64,000 nucleotides of DNA from an uncultured Bacteroides sp. (GCA_900546925.1 UREV01000008.1:7965-71964), one strand, 5' to 3'. Shown: positions 39,374-49,779, counted from the first letter of the stretch. Numbers and translations are program-made. The notes: generated by a model from the sequence alone, not told the origin.

Positions 39374-39506
39374 ATCGACGGCGTAGCGGAGGTCCCGGCG
39401 AGAGACCCGTGGTCACCCATGACCTCGTAAATGGGAGGAGCCGGCGCCAGCCGGAGGGATGAGCGCCAGCGAAGGTCTCCGCCGGGACCTCCGTTGCGCC
39501 GTCGAT
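39374..39506 (+). repeat. Palindromic repeat family B, copy 2
   Basis: ~33-bp imperfect terminal inverted repeat; interior is the reverse-complement homologue of 10811-10929. Confidence 0.85.
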
Positions 39507-39708
39507 AAAACTCATCGCCTACTCTCTAACAAGACAATTCATTGTTGTCGTTGTGCGATAAATGTTTGCGCGGTAAAAATACCAAGAGGAAATTTTGACG
39601 ACTCACGAGAAAAGTAATTTAGAACGAAAAAAACGTTAACTTTACATATTGGTTTTTAGTAAGCATGAAAAAAAATGATTACTTTAGGATTACTTAAATC
39701 TGAAGGCA

Positions 39709-40914
39709 ATGTTAGACAAGAACAGCAAAATATACGTCGCCGGCCATCTCGGACTTGTGGGCTCGGCCATTTGGCATAACTTGGAAAAACGAGGTTACAC
39801 AAACCTCGTGGGGCGTACACACCAAGAACTCGACCTCACAGACCAATATGCAGTCCAGAAATTTTTCGATGAGGAACGACCTGATGCTGTGGTACTTGCA
39901 GCCGCTTTCGTCGGGGGAATCATGGCCAACTCCCTGTACCGCGCCGACTTCATCATGCAAAACATGAAAATGCAATGCAACGTCATCAGCAACGCATACA
40001 GCCACGGCGTTAAAAAACTCCTCTTCCTCGGCTCCACCTGCATCTATCCGAAAAATGCGGCCCAACCCATGAAAGAAGACGCATTGCTCACATCACCTCT
40101 GGAATACACCAACGAAGAATACGCCATCGCCAAAATCGCCGGACTGAAAATGTGCGAAAGCTATAACCTTCAATACGGTACGAACTATATCGCAGTCATG
40201 CCGACGAACCTGTACGGCCCGAACGACAACTTCCATCTCGAAAACAGCCACGTCATGCCGGCCATGATGCGCAAAATATATCTGGCCAAACTGATCCACG
40301 AAGGAGACTGGCGCGCCATCGCGACCGACATGAACAAACGCCCGATAAACCCGCCCGAAAAGCTTCGCACCATAATTGGTGGGGTCAATGTCGATGGCAA
40401 CAGCCCTAAAGAACGTATCCTCAAAGCCCTCGAATTCTACGGAATATATGACAATAAAGTAGTTCTCTGGGGCACCGGAAAGCCACTTCGAGAGTTTCTT
40501 TGGAGCGAAGACATGGCAGATGCCAGCGTCCATGTACTCCTGAACGTAAACTTCAGCGACATCATCGGCATTGACAAATACTCATCAGTTTTTTATGGGG
40601 CGCGTACCGATGGGGCGGTCGACAGAAACAACAGCGAGGGCCGCGGAGGCGCGATTCCCGCTCTCGGCGAAATTAGAAATTGTCATATCAATGTCGGTAC
40701 GGGTAAAGAATTGACAATCCGTGAGTTAAGTGAACTTGTACGTCGTGCTGTCGGCTTCGGTGGAGAGATAGTTTTCGACGCGTCCAAGCCTGACGGGACC
40801 CCGCGAAAACTCATTGACGTGACCAAACTCCATTCCCTCGGATGGCATCATACGGTCGAAATCGAGGACGGAGTTCAGAAACTTTTCGATTGGTATAAAG
40901 CGTCCTTGGTATAA
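39709..40914 (+). CDS. fcl: GDP-L-fucose synthase
   Basis: [54 protein letters not shown]. Confidence 0.93.
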   Translation: MLDKNSKIYVAGHLGLVGSAIWHNLEKRGYTNLVGRTHQELDLTDQYAVQKFFDEERPDAVVLAAAFVGGIMANSLYRADFIMQNMKMQCNVISNAYSHGVKKLLFLGSTCIYPKNAAQPMKEDALLTSPLEYTNEEYAIAKIAGLKMCESYNLQYGTNYIAVMPTNLYGPNDNFHLENSHVMPAMMRKIYLAKLIHEGDWRAIATDMNKRPINPPEKLRTIIGGVNVDGNSPKERILKALEFYGIYDNKVVLWGTGKPLREFLWSEDMADASVHVLLNVNFSDIIGIDKYSSVFYGARTDGAVDRNNSEGRGGAIPALGEIRNCHINVGTGKELTIRELSELVRRAVGFGGEIVFDASKPDGTPRKLIDVTKLHSLGWHHTVEIEDGVQKLFDWYKASLV

Positions 40915-40924
40915 ACAGAATAAA

Positions 40925-42274
40925 ATGAAGAACGAGGAAGAAGAAAAATTTTTAAAAATGACGACCAGCCCGGTCGGGCATTTGGTGTCCGAGTTCGCTG
41001 TACCGTCCATCGTCAGTATGCTGATTACCAGCATATACAGTCTCGTAGATACATATTTTGTCGGAAATATCGATACCCAATCCACGGCGGCGTTGGGAAT
41101 CGTGTTTTCGTATATGGCTCTGGTTCAGGCGTTTTCCTTCTTCTTTGGCCACGGGTCCGGCAACTATATTTCCAGAGCATTGGGCTCCAGAAACATGGCC
41201 GGGGCAGGCTCTATGGCCGCATGCGGATTCTTTACGGCTATCGTGACAGGATGCCTTTTCGCCATCGTAGGATTCATTTATACACGTCCGTTGCTGCGGT
41301 TTTTGGGAGCGACTGAGACTATCGTTCCGGTGGCCGTCGGATACTTCCGGTATATACTTCTCGGGACGCCGTTTATCGTCGGCACTTTCGTCCTGAATAA
41401 CCAGATGAGGTTGCAGGGCAATGCTTTCCTTTCGATGATCGGCATATCTGTAGGAGCTGTCCTTAATGTCGTACTCGATCCGATTTTCATTTTTACGCTT
41501 AACATGGGCGTATCCGGAGCCGGTCTCGCAACCGCGCTTTCGCAAGCGGTCAGTTTCTTTATCATGCTGAGTATGACCGGAATGCGGGGAGGAATCAAAA
41601 TTCGGTTTAAGAATTTCAGACCGACCAGGGCTCAGTTCAATGAAATTGTGGCAGGTGGTTTGCCTTCTCTTGCTCGTCAGGGACTGGGATGCATCGCCGC
41701 AATATGTCTGAACCAGCTTGCCGGTAATTTTGGAGATTCCGCGATTGCTGCATTTTCCATCGTGAACCGCGTGATTATTTTCGTCTCGTCTGCACTTATA
41801 GGTTTTGGACAGGGATTCCAGCCTGTCTGCGGATTTAATTATGGGGCGAAAAACTATATTCGAGTGCGTAAAGCATTCTGGTTCAGCGCGGATGTCATGA
41901 CGGGGTACTGTGTCGTGTTCGCTGCTCTCGGAATACTGTTCGCCCCGGGAATCGTGTCTGTTTTCCGCGCAGACGACGCCGAAGTCATACATTATGGTTC
42001 ATTGGCCCTGCGTTGGCAATGCGCTGCTTTTCCAGTGGTCGGTTTTATAGTCCTTTCGAACATGTACTTGCAGAATATCCGACGTGTCATTCCTGCCGTT
42101 ATGGTAGCAATGGCACGTCAGGGACTTTTCTTTATTCCTATACTTTATGTCCTGGAATACATGGCAGGTCTGGACGGAATGTTGGTGGCCCAACCTATTT
42201 CAGACATCATCTCATTCGCATTGGCCTTACCGCTCTCGATCGCGGCGCTGCGGACTATGGGACGGGAGAATTAA
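40925..42274 (+). CDS. MATE-family efflux transporter
   Basis: About 12 TMs, YSLVDTYFVG, NVVLDPIFIF.LNMGVSGAGLAT, GFQPVCGFNYGA. Confidence 0.92.
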   Translation: MKNEEEEKFLKMTTSPVGHLVSEFAVPSIVSMLITSIYSLVDTYFVGNIDTQSTAALGIVFSYMALVQAFSFFFGHGSGNYISRALGSRNMAGAGSMAACGFFTAIVTGCLFAIVGFIYTRPLLRFLGATETIVPVAVGYFRYILLGTPFIVGTFVLNNQMRLQGNAFLSMIGISVGAVLNVVLDPIFIFTLNMGVSGAGLATALSQAVSFFIMLSMTGMRGGIKIRFKNFRPTRAQFNEIVAGGLPSLARQGLGCIAAICLNQLAGNFGDSAIAAFSIVNRVIIFVSSALIGFGQGFQPVCGFNYGAKNYIRVRKAFWFSADVMTGYCVVFAALGILFAPGIVSVFRADDAEVIHYGSLALRWQCAAFPVVGFIVLSNMYLQNIRRVIPAVMVAMARQGLFFIPILYVLEYMAGLDGMLVAQPISDIISFALALPLSIAALRTMGREN

Positions 42275-42402
42275 CTGCTGATAGTGATGTCGATGTATTG
42301 ATTAAGGTTACTAATCCTTCGTTATTTGTTTTGTCTGAAATAACCATATTGCTCGAGTCGGTACTTAAACGAAAAGTTGACCTCGTATCGAAAAAGATTT
42401 GA
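42265..42402 (+). pseudogene. Remnant of a minimal nucleotidyltransferase (MntA-like)
   Basis: GELTADSDVDVLI...LESVLKRKVDLVS*; no start codon or GS motif; overlaps the MATE stop. Confidence 0.65.
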
Positions 42403-42490
42403 TATATGTTTAGTTAGAAAGTCAGAAAACCATCCACTTTGCGAAAGGAATGCGTATATTTGAAAGATTAACAAAACAAACTGACGATTT

Positions 42491-43165
42491 ATGGACTTCC
42501 ACGAATTCATCGAAAAAGAGATTATCCCGCAATATGCCGAGTTCGACGCCGCTCATCGTGAGGACCACGTCCGGAGCGTAATTTCCAAGAGCCAGGAGCT
42601 TGCGAAGTTCTATCCCGTAAAGCCGGAAATTCTCTACCTCGCCGCCGCGTACCACGACCTGGGACTGTCGGAAGGCCGCGAGTTCCATCACCTCGCTTCG
42701 GGTCGTAAGATTCGGGAGGATAAGCGTTTAGGTCAATGGTTTTCTGCAGAGGAGATAGAGCTTGCTGCCCAGGCGGCCGAAGATCACAGGGCTTCCGGCA
42801 AGAATCCTCCACGCAGCATTTACGGGAGAATAATCGCGGAATCAGACAGACAGATCAATCCGGAGATTGTAGTCAAGAGGACTGTCCAATATGGATTCGC
42901 CCACTACCCGGAAATGGACCGCGAACAAATGTGGAACAGGACTGTGGAGCATCTCCAAGAAAAATATGCCGAAGGAGGCTATCTGAAACTATGGATTCCG
43001 GAGTCTGACAATGCCAGGCAGCTCGCGGCCTTACGGGAGCTGATTCATGACACCGGGAAGCTCAGGGAATTGTTCGACAAGTTTTATATGGAAATCACCA
43101 GCAGCACAATTTCTCGCGCGGGAGAGACTTTCCAGACCTTCAGGCAAAACACGGAAAGGCATTGA
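42491..43165 (+). CDS. HD-domain phosphohydrolase
   Basis: AH..DHV, YHDLG, HH..S, EDHRAS, SIYG.II..SDR. Confidence 0.88.
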   Translation: MDFHEFIEKEIIPQYAEFDAAHREDHVRSVISKSQELAKFYPVKPEILYLAAAYHDLGLSEGREFHHLASGRKIREDKRLGQWFSAEEIELAAQAAEDHRASGKNPPRSIYGRIIAESDRQINPEIVVKRTVQYGFAHYPEMDREQMWNRTVEHLQEKYAEGGYLKLWIPESDNARQLAALRELIHDTGKLRELFDKFYMEITSSTISRAGETFQTFRQNTERH

Positions 43166-43293
43166 CAATGATAAAAAAAGCCATCGAAGATGGGCTCGAG
43201 GGATAAATATGGTAATTATATCCGCGTTTTTGGTAAATGATTTCGGATCTTGAGCATTATCTTTGCAGATGAAACACCAAAAACATATAGCAT

Positions 43294-44166
43294 ATGAAAC
43301 TCATAAAAGATACCGAATTCGGCGGCGAGCGCCCGCTTTTCGAATCACATAATTTGCGACTGGAGAACGTAACTATCCGCGAAGGCGAATCCGCCATAAA
43401 AGAGTGCAGCAACATCGAAGCCGAAAACTGCGTATTCGAGGGCAACTACCCATTCTGGCACGTACATGGCTTTACTATAAAGAACTGCTATTTCGCTGTA
43501 GGCGGACGTTCTGCATTATGGTACTCCGACCATCTCAAAATGAGCGACACCACAATCGATGCTCCGAAGATGTTCCGCGAAATGAGCGACATCGATATCC
43601 AGAACGTAGTAATGAACGATGCCGACGAGGTGTTCTGGAGATGTAAATACATAGATGCCAAGAATTTACGATTAATCGGAGGCACTTATCCATTTATGTT
43701 CAGCGAGAACATCCGCATCGACGGACTGGTAAGCGAAAGCAAATATGTATTCCAATATGTAAAGAACGTGGAACTGCATAATGCCAAGATTACCACGAAA
43801 GATGCTTTCTGGGAAGTAGAGAACGTAACTGTCTATGACTCAGAGCTAAATGGCGAATATCTCGGATGGCATTCCCGCCACTTGCGCCTGGTGAACTGCC
43901 ACATCACGGGCGAACAGCCGCTCTGCTACGCACATGACCTCGTTCTCGAAAATTGCACTTTCGGCCCGGACTGCGACCGCGCATTCGAGTATTCTACTGT
44001 CAATGCCGATATCCGTGGAGCGATAACGAATATCAAAAACCCGATGTCAGGCCACATTGTAGCAGACGAAATCGGCTCCGTCACGATAGACGAAAATATT
44101 AAGGCCCCTGCCGACTGCGTAATCGAGGTCAGGAAGATTAGTAACTCCCAGGCGATTCAAAAATAA
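43294..44166 (+). CDS. DUF3737 family beta-helix protein
   Basis: GERPLF, GESAIKE, YPFWH, APKMFRE, GEYLGW, QPLCY. Confidence 0.85.
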   Translation: MKLIKDTEFGGERPLFESHNLRLENVTIREGESAIKECSNIEAENCVFEGNYPFWHVHGFTIKNCYFAVGGRSALWYSDHLKMSDTTIDAPKMFREMSDIDIQNVVMNDADEVFWRCKYIDAKNLRLIGGTYPFMFSENIRIDGLVSESKYVFQYVKNVELHNAKITTKDAFWEVENVTVYDSELNGEYLGWHSRHLRLVNCHITGEQPLCYAHDLVLENCTFGPDCDRAFEYSTVNADIRGAITNIKNPMSGHIVADEIGSVTIDENIKAPADCVIEVRKISNSQAIQK

Positions 44167-44204
44167 TCAGAGGTTTGCGGGCGGATGTCTAATAACAGGA
44201 TTCT

Positions 44205-44960
44205 ATGAAATTAAGTTATTTGGTTGCGGCATGTCTTCTGGCGTGTCTGACTTCTGGAGTGGCCAGCGCTCAGACAAGAACGTTCAATCGCGATGCGGGT
44301 TTTACTGTCGGGGTCAATGTCCCTATGTATAAGGGAGTTGAGGCTGATGCTACGGTGGGATTTACTTATGGTCAATTCTATTATAACGGTCTTGGTTTCA
44401 GGGCGGGATTTCAATATACGCCTAGCGTGGCGGAGGTGGACAATGCCTTCGGTGTGCCTGTGGCATTTGCTTATCGGACAGGGACCAGGAGTCGTCGGGC
44501 GAGGTTGGAGTCGGGGCTGAGCAGTGCTGCGAATTCCGTTTTTTGGGATCTTTACAATGATTATGATACAGGAGAGTCTGCGATGGATATGTTCACCGCA
44601 TTCTTGGCGAGTCTGTTCAGCAATATCGAGTTTACTGCCGGTATTACTCCCGGTTACATTTCAGGTGATGACAGTTCAGTGTCTACTGGCTCGACTGTCG
44701 TGCAGGGTGGAGAGATGTGGAACAAGACTTGGACGGAGCGCAACAATCAGTTTTCGATGACAGTGGATGCCGGAGCTTGTCTGAATTACGGTATCTGGCG
44801 CTTCGATATCAAGCTCATGCCTGCGTTTCATTATTGCCTGACTGATAATTATATACGTCATTATTCCAATGGAGATTCCGTCAACGGAATGTTGAGCAGC
44901 AGCACTCAGCCCGTCAGGTGGTTCTTCTCCTTCGCCGGCGGTCTGACTTTCCGGTTTTAG
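44205..44960 (+). CDS. Hypothetical outer-membrane beta-barrel protein
   Basis: Signal peptide, amphipathic strands, C-terminal GLTFRF. Confidence 0.7.
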   Translation: MKLSYLVAACLLACLTSGVASAQTRTFNRDAGFTVGVNVPMYKGVEADATVGFTYGQFYYNGLGFRAGFQYTPSVAEVDNAFGVPVAFAYRTGTRSRRARLESGLSSAANSVFWDLYNDYDTGESAMDMFTAFLASLFSNIEFTAGITPGYISGDDSSVSTGSTVVQGGEMWNKTWTERNNQFSMTVDAGACLNYGIWRFDIKLMPAFHYCLTDNYIRHYSNGDSVNGMLSSSTQPVRWFFSFAGGLTFRF

Positions 44961-45001
44961 TGCCCGTTTCCCGCTGTCCGCGCCTCAGCCCCAGCCGTTG
45001 C

Positions 45002-45295
45002 TCAGCACCCCTTTCCGTCGAGACTGCAGGACGCACCTTCAGGGGTTTTGTCAATGATTATGTCATCCATGCTGAAGCTTATGCTGCCGTCCTCAGTTAC
45101 GAAGCATGGTATGCCGACGGAGCCGTTTGCCTTTACGCTGTCGAAAGCCGGATTCGAGTCTCTAAGACGTAAGAATTCTTTTAGGTTCAGGACATGCTCA
45201 CCGATGTCAATTAGCTGATACTCAGGGTTGTTTTTAAGCTGTTCCTTTACTTGGAAGCAGTCGGGGCATGTCGCCATTACATATACTTTGGTCAT
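45002..45295 (-). CDS. Glutaredoxin-related protein
   Basis: TCPDC, LKEFLRLRD, VGIPCFV, C-terminal CSLDGKGC. Confidence 0.85.
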   Translation of the reverse strand: MTKVYVMATCPDCFQVKEQLKNNPEYQLIDIGEHVLNLKEFLRLRDSNPAFDSVKANGSVGIPCFVTEDGSISFSMDDIIIDKTPEGASCSLDGKGC

Positions 45296-45375
45296 ACTGT
45301 TTCTGTTTTATATTTTGCTAAGATAGGGATTTTTATTTTGAGTTGCTAACTTTGTATGGTATAGATTACATGGTT

Positions 45376-45447
45376 ATGAAAAAGGCGATTGTCATAGGTG
45401 CGACTTCTGAGTATGATTCTATATTTTTGCTTACCATGGAGAAATAA
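45376..45447 (+). pseudogene. N-terminal relic of an SDR oxidoreductase
   Basis: MKKAIVIGATS, then unrelated sequence and a stop; TAACTTTG promoter box just upstream. Confidence 0.55.
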
Positions 45448-45628
45448 TGGTGGGCATCCCTAAAGAGAGACATGCCGAACTTTATGTCGCAGTAAGAATA
45501 CGGAATAACTTGCGAAACTTGAGAAATTAGTATTCCTATTGTCGTTTTGTGCCACGCTTCTCGCATTTTCAGGAGTCATGGAAAAGATTCTCCCGCGAGT
45601 GACTTTACATCGTTGAATAAAAAAACAA

Positions 45629-45658
45629 CATGAGCTCTGTCGGAAGACAGGGCTCATG
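45629..45658 (-). terminator. Terminator after the metalloprotease
   Basis: CATGAGCTCTGTC ggaa GACAGGGCTCATG with an A run on its 5' side in plus coordinates. Confidence 0.75.
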
Positions 45659-45738
45659 CCGTTTCTGTAGGTAGAACTTGCTTTCAAGGACTTTTCTGAT
45701 AGTCTGGAAGGGGCAACATGGTATGGTTCAATGGTTTA

Positions 45739-48318
45739 CTAAAAGTCTTTCAATGCCGCACAGCATCTTGCATACAGGTATTCGTAATGAGCCCTGTCAT
45801 CTGATGGTGCAGACGCTTTCTTGGACTGCGCGAGGGTTTTCACCCTGTTGAGGAACGCCACGCGATAACTGCCGGTCTCATCGATCGGCGCGATGCTGAC
45901 CGCAGCCTGATAAGGTTTATTGCCCTCTCCGAGGTCATCAGGATTCCATCCGCACCAGTTGTCCGTGTCAATGCCGTTTTCCGTCAGAGTTTTAGTGAGC
46001 ATTCTTCTCACCTCCTTGGCATCGTAGGTAAGAATCTCACGCTGAAGAGTTTTCTCTTCAGGAGTAAGCTTCCTTCCGGAAATAGTCGATGCGAAAAGCT
46101 CACGATAGAGGTCGTCGTAGTAATCCTTGATGGTATAGACATTCTTCGCTCCGGCCACAGCGGCTGCCCTGACTACGTTTTCAGGAATGGTCGAGGCCAA
46201 TGTCTTGGCGACGGCAGCGCAGACTTTGTTTGACTGCGGAGTAGCGAGCGGCAAGTTGGAAGTAACCGAAGGCTCATTCAGCCATGCGGAATTTCTCAGC
46301 TGGGAGATTACCCATTTGAGCGACGCTTTCTGTACATCTTTAGATACCGGTACTGCAGGCTTCTGGTCGAAACCTTCTTTTACATAGTTCAGATAGATGC
46401 CTCCGACCTGAGACAGAACGTGTCCAATATACCTGTTATATTGTGCAACTATCTGGTCATAAAGCTCTTTCCTGTGAGTAAAATCGATGTCTTCCGCGCC
46501 TACCCACTCGTTCATCTTCGGCAAAATGTATTTAAGGTTGCTGATGCCGTAGTCGCTCGATTTAATAGGGTCGTCTCCGAGGTCTTCAGCACGCGCACTC
46601 GGGTCATATACTCCATAAGAAAGATAGCCTGGAATCTGCTGGGCACCATATCGGTACATAGGATCGCCGGCTTTCTCGTCCAAGATTTTCTCGGCTCTGC
46701 GGTATTCGTCCCAGATATCCTTGGCTCCGATAACAGGAGTATAGAGCCATTTGATGGCATATTTGTCGTACACGCCGAGGCTTGGCGGAACGAGTTTCAC
46801 GCCTTTGTCAGAAGGCTGTGCGACATAGTTATATCTGGCATAATCCATAATGGATGGGGTAGTGCCATATTCAGCTGTGAATGCCGGGTCTCTCAGAGAT
46901 TCGGTAGGGTAGGCTGAAGATGCGCCCATGTTGTGCATCAGACCCAATGTGTGCCCGATTTCGTGTGATATCACATAAACAAGGGATTCGTCAATGATCT
47001 CCTGCGGCATCTTGACTGCTCTTACGCTTTCATCCACCTGGGAAGTCTGTACGAAACGCCAATTATTTATGAGTTTTATGACATCGTTATATACAAGTAC
47101 AGATGCGTTGAGGATTTCTCCAGTGACAGGGTCTGTCCAGCTTGGACCTCTTGCATTCATAGTGGCATCAGGAACATAGCGGAGGCAGGAATAACGCAGG
47201 TTGTCCGGGTCGAATTCCGGGTCTTCTTCTTTTGTAGGAAAATCCCTGACTTGCATAACGTCCTTAAGTCCAATGGCTTCGAATGCTGCGTTCCATGCGA
47301 GAACTCCTTTGCGGATAGGCTCTTTCCAGCTTTCCGGGAAGGTGTTGTCCACATACCATACAATAGGATTCTTTACCGTAACTGTTTTTCCTCCTAGCCA
47401 TGCTGTCGTGTCAGACAGATCGAGTCTCCACCTGGAAGCCAAGACATAACCTTTGTAGCCGTCTTCTGCGGATGAGAGGTCATATCTCATGCTGCCTTCG
47501 CTTGGGCCTACAGGAAATACTCCGACTCTCAAGTCCTGGATTCTTGCAGGCATGGGTTTCTCCGGAAGCATCAGGAATGATACCGTGTATTCCATGGAGC
47601 CTGAGCCGATCTTGCCCTTGAAACCGAGTATGGACTTAGTGAAATCGACATTGGCATGAACCTTTACGGAAGCATTGTCCTTGAATGACTTGAGTTCTCC
47701 GAACCAAGTGGTTTTCTCCTCGGCGGACTTGGCTACTGAGAAGTCCTTCCCTTTCGGCGCGGCAGCATTGACAATACCCGTGACATCGAAGATTACAGCG
47801 GAGCTGTCTTTACTCTGGGCGGCGACGGCGATGCGGCGGAGGATTTTCGGCATGAAACTGCGCGAGAGTGCTTCCTGCATCAGCGGGTCCGAGGTAGAGG
47901 CGTTCGTGCCCGGCAGGCTCAGAACTACGAGGCTGTCAGTGAGGTCGATTTGGAAATACTGCGGTTTGTTGTATTTGTAACCCACATTTATGAATGACGG
48001 GTTGCTCCCCGCTGTGATGGTGCCGCCGACCATAATGCGTCTGCCCATGTACTTTTTGGGCAATTCCATGTAGATCTTGTCTTTGGCGGTGCGATAGAGG
48101 CTGAAGGTTTCGCCTTTGGCTGAGACTTTTACGTCTTTCATCAGCTTGTCGTAAGGGGACACTTTCTTCTTCGGAGCCGGTTTGCTCTCCTGTGCCACTA
48201 CTTCAGTCTTAGCCTTTTTCTTGTTTTTGGCTTTGGATGCAGGTGATGCTGCCGCGCTGGTGACAGGCACCAGCATCATGGCGGCGAGCATGATAATAAG
48301 GTTGTTTCTAAATCTCAT
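45739..48318 (-). CDS. Zinc-dependent metalloprotease (DUF5117/DUF4953, EcxA-like)
   Basis: Signal peptide, DP.TGEI, HEIGHTLGLMHN zinc motif, SIMDY, G.YD..AI.W.Y. Confidence 0.9.
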   Translation of the reverse strand: MRFRNNLIIMLAAMMLVPVTSAAASPASKAKNKKKAKTEVVAQESKPAPKKKVSPYDKLMKDVKVSAKGETFSLYRTAKDKIYMELPKKYMGRRIMVGGTITAGSNPSFINVGYKYNKPQYFQIDLTDSLVVLSLPGTNASTSDPLMQEALSRSFMPKILRRIAVAAQSKDSSAVIFDVTGIVNAAAPKGKDFSVAKSAEEKTTWFGELKSFKDNASVKVHANVDFTKSILGFKGKIGSGSMEYTVSFLMLPEKPMPARIQDLRVGVFPVGPSEGSMRYDLSSAEDGYKGYVLASRWRLDLSDTTAWLGGKTVTVKNPIVWYVDNTFPESWKEPIRKGVLAWNAAFEAIGLKDVMQVRDFPTKEEDPEFDPDNLRYSCLRYVPDATMNARGPSWTDPVTGEILNASVLVYNDVIKLINNWRFVQTSQVDESVRAVKMPQEIIDESLVYVISHEIGHTLGLMHNMGASSAYPTESLRDPAFTAEYGTTPSIMDYARYNYVAQPSDKGVKLVPPSLGVYDKYAIKWLYTPVIGAKDIWDEYRRAEKILDEKAGDPMYRYGAQQIPGYLSYGVYDPSARAEDLGDDPIKSSDYGISNLKYILPKMNEWVGAEDIDFTHRKELYDQIVAQYNRYIGHVLSQVGGIYLNYVKEGFDQKPAVPVSKDVQKASLKWVISQLRNSAWLNEPSVTSNLPLATPQSNKVCAAVAKTLASTIPENVVRAAAVAGAKNVYTIKDYYDDLYRELFASTISGRKLTPEEKTLQREILTYDAKEVRRMLTKTLTENGIDTDNWCGWNPDDLGEGNKPYQAAVSIAPIDETGSYRVAFLNRVKTLAQSKKASAPSDDRAHYEYLYARCCAALKDF

Positions 48319-48745
48319 TCTCTGTACGAAATAAACTAGTCAAACAACAAATATAATTTTTTTTTCTTGTGCGGCCCCAAAATATCTACATATAAGGATG
48401 ACAAGTCACATGGCAGATTCGACCTGCCTCACGTAACCCTGCACCGCGGAGACGCTTGCCACTTAATCCCGATGCATAGGTGGAAATGCTACATAATATT
48501 CTGTAAATCAGAGGAATATATTTATAGAAGTTATCGTTTTGCATAGGTGTTTTTCAGGATATTTTCGGCCTGCATTGTCATAATATGGGCTGAGAAATTT
48601 GAGGAAATGTCTTTGTAATGTAATTTAGCTCCGTTTCGATGAAAGATATCGTAATGGTATTTTTCGACGGGCCGGAGATTGTTGCTTCTCGGAGCAACCA
48701 TTCTGTTTATGTTTTTTTAGTAATAACACTTTAACGAATGATGCA

Positions 48746-49015
48746 ATGAAAAGGTTTCTTGCAATGCGTTTAGTCGCACTTGTGTTTTCATTCACTTTTA
48801 TTGTTTGTTCAGGCTTTTTTACCTACGCCAGCGCGCAGAGTAATGTAAAGGTCACCGGTCAGGTGACTGACAATGCCGGACTGCCTGTCATCGGAGCAGG
48901 AGTCGTAGAGGACGGGACAACGTCGGGAGTAGTTACTGACGCTTCCGGTAACTATGAAATTTCTGTAAATACAGGTGCAAAACTTGTCTTCACTTGTCTC
49001 GGATATGAGACAGTT
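48746..49015 (+). pseudogene. 5' fragment of a SusC/RagA-type TonB receptor
   Basis: Signal peptide, VTGQVTD.AG.PVIGA.V..GT..G.VTD..G.Y, LVF..LGY; then abruptly out of family. Confidence 0.8.
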
Positions 49016-49017
49016 CG

Positions 49018-49452
49018 TCGCTTCTGCATTCTCCTCTGCTTTCGCTCCACGTCATGGTCATCATGTTCTCATATGCGTTGTTTGCCATGATTATGCTGAT
49101 TGGTATTCAGGGGCTTGTCTGTCAGCATCGTGGTGATATTGTCCGTTCTGAGTCCCTTGCAGCATTGGCCCATTTCCTGCTTTATCCAGCTGTCTTTCTT
49201 CTCGCCGCCGGTATTTTTATCGGGGCGGTCTGGGCCAATGTCTCATGGGAACGTTATTGGAGTTGGGATCCGAAGGAGGTATGGGCTCTTGTCACCATGC
49301 TTATCTACATGGCGCCTTTCCATTCTTCATCCATCAAGTGTTTCCGCAATACGAGGTTCTTCCTGTTCTACTGTATCGTGGCGTTTCTCAGTGTCCTGAT
49401 TACTTATTTCGGTGTGAATTTTCTCCTCGGAGGAATGCTCAGTTACGCATAA
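49018..49452 (+). pseudogene. 3' fragment of cytochrome c biogenesis protein CcsA
   Basis: SPLLSLHV, GAVWANVSW.RYWSWDPKEVW, TYFGVNFLLGGM.SY; N-terminal part absent. Confidence 0.8.
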
Positions 49453-49476
49453 CGGGGGCAACGGCATTGACCCGAA

Positions 49477-49779
49477 CTATTTTGGCCGGTACTCGGACTT
49501 TCTTTTGGGGTTCATTGGGAACCAGCCTTTCTCGACTCTTTCTTTCTGTTCGAAGATTTCCAGGATGCTCCACATGCAAGAGCATCCTATTACGCCGAGT
49601 GTCGGGCTCACTATGCTGTTGTCTACCAGCAGGCTTGCTATGATGAAGGCTATGCCGGCAAGTGCAAATGCCCACCAGCATTTGGTGCCGAAGTAGTATT
49701 CGCATTTTATTACGATAGGGTGGAATAGTCCGATTACAAGAAATGTAATGACGGCTATGATTAAACCTGAGTAGTTCAT
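49477..49779 (-). CDS. DUF4491 family membrane protein
   Basis: IGLFHPIVIK.EYYF, WSILE.FEQ.ERV.KGWFP.NPKR. Confidence 0.8.
   Translation of the reverse strand: MNYSGLIIAVITFLVIGLFHPIVIKCEYYFGTKCWWAFALAGIAFIIASLLVDNSIVSPTLGVIGCSCMWSILEIFEQKERVEKGWFPMNPKRKSEYRPK

Noticed and set aside
45420..45490. HATPase relic (..NG.GIPKERHAEL with a frameshift)
   Set aside because: Requires assuming a frameshift in a very short match; suggestive only.
48473..48549. TGCATAGGTG direct repeat upstream of the SusC fragment as an invertible promoter
   Set aside because: The repeats are direct, not inverted, and no recombinase is nearby.
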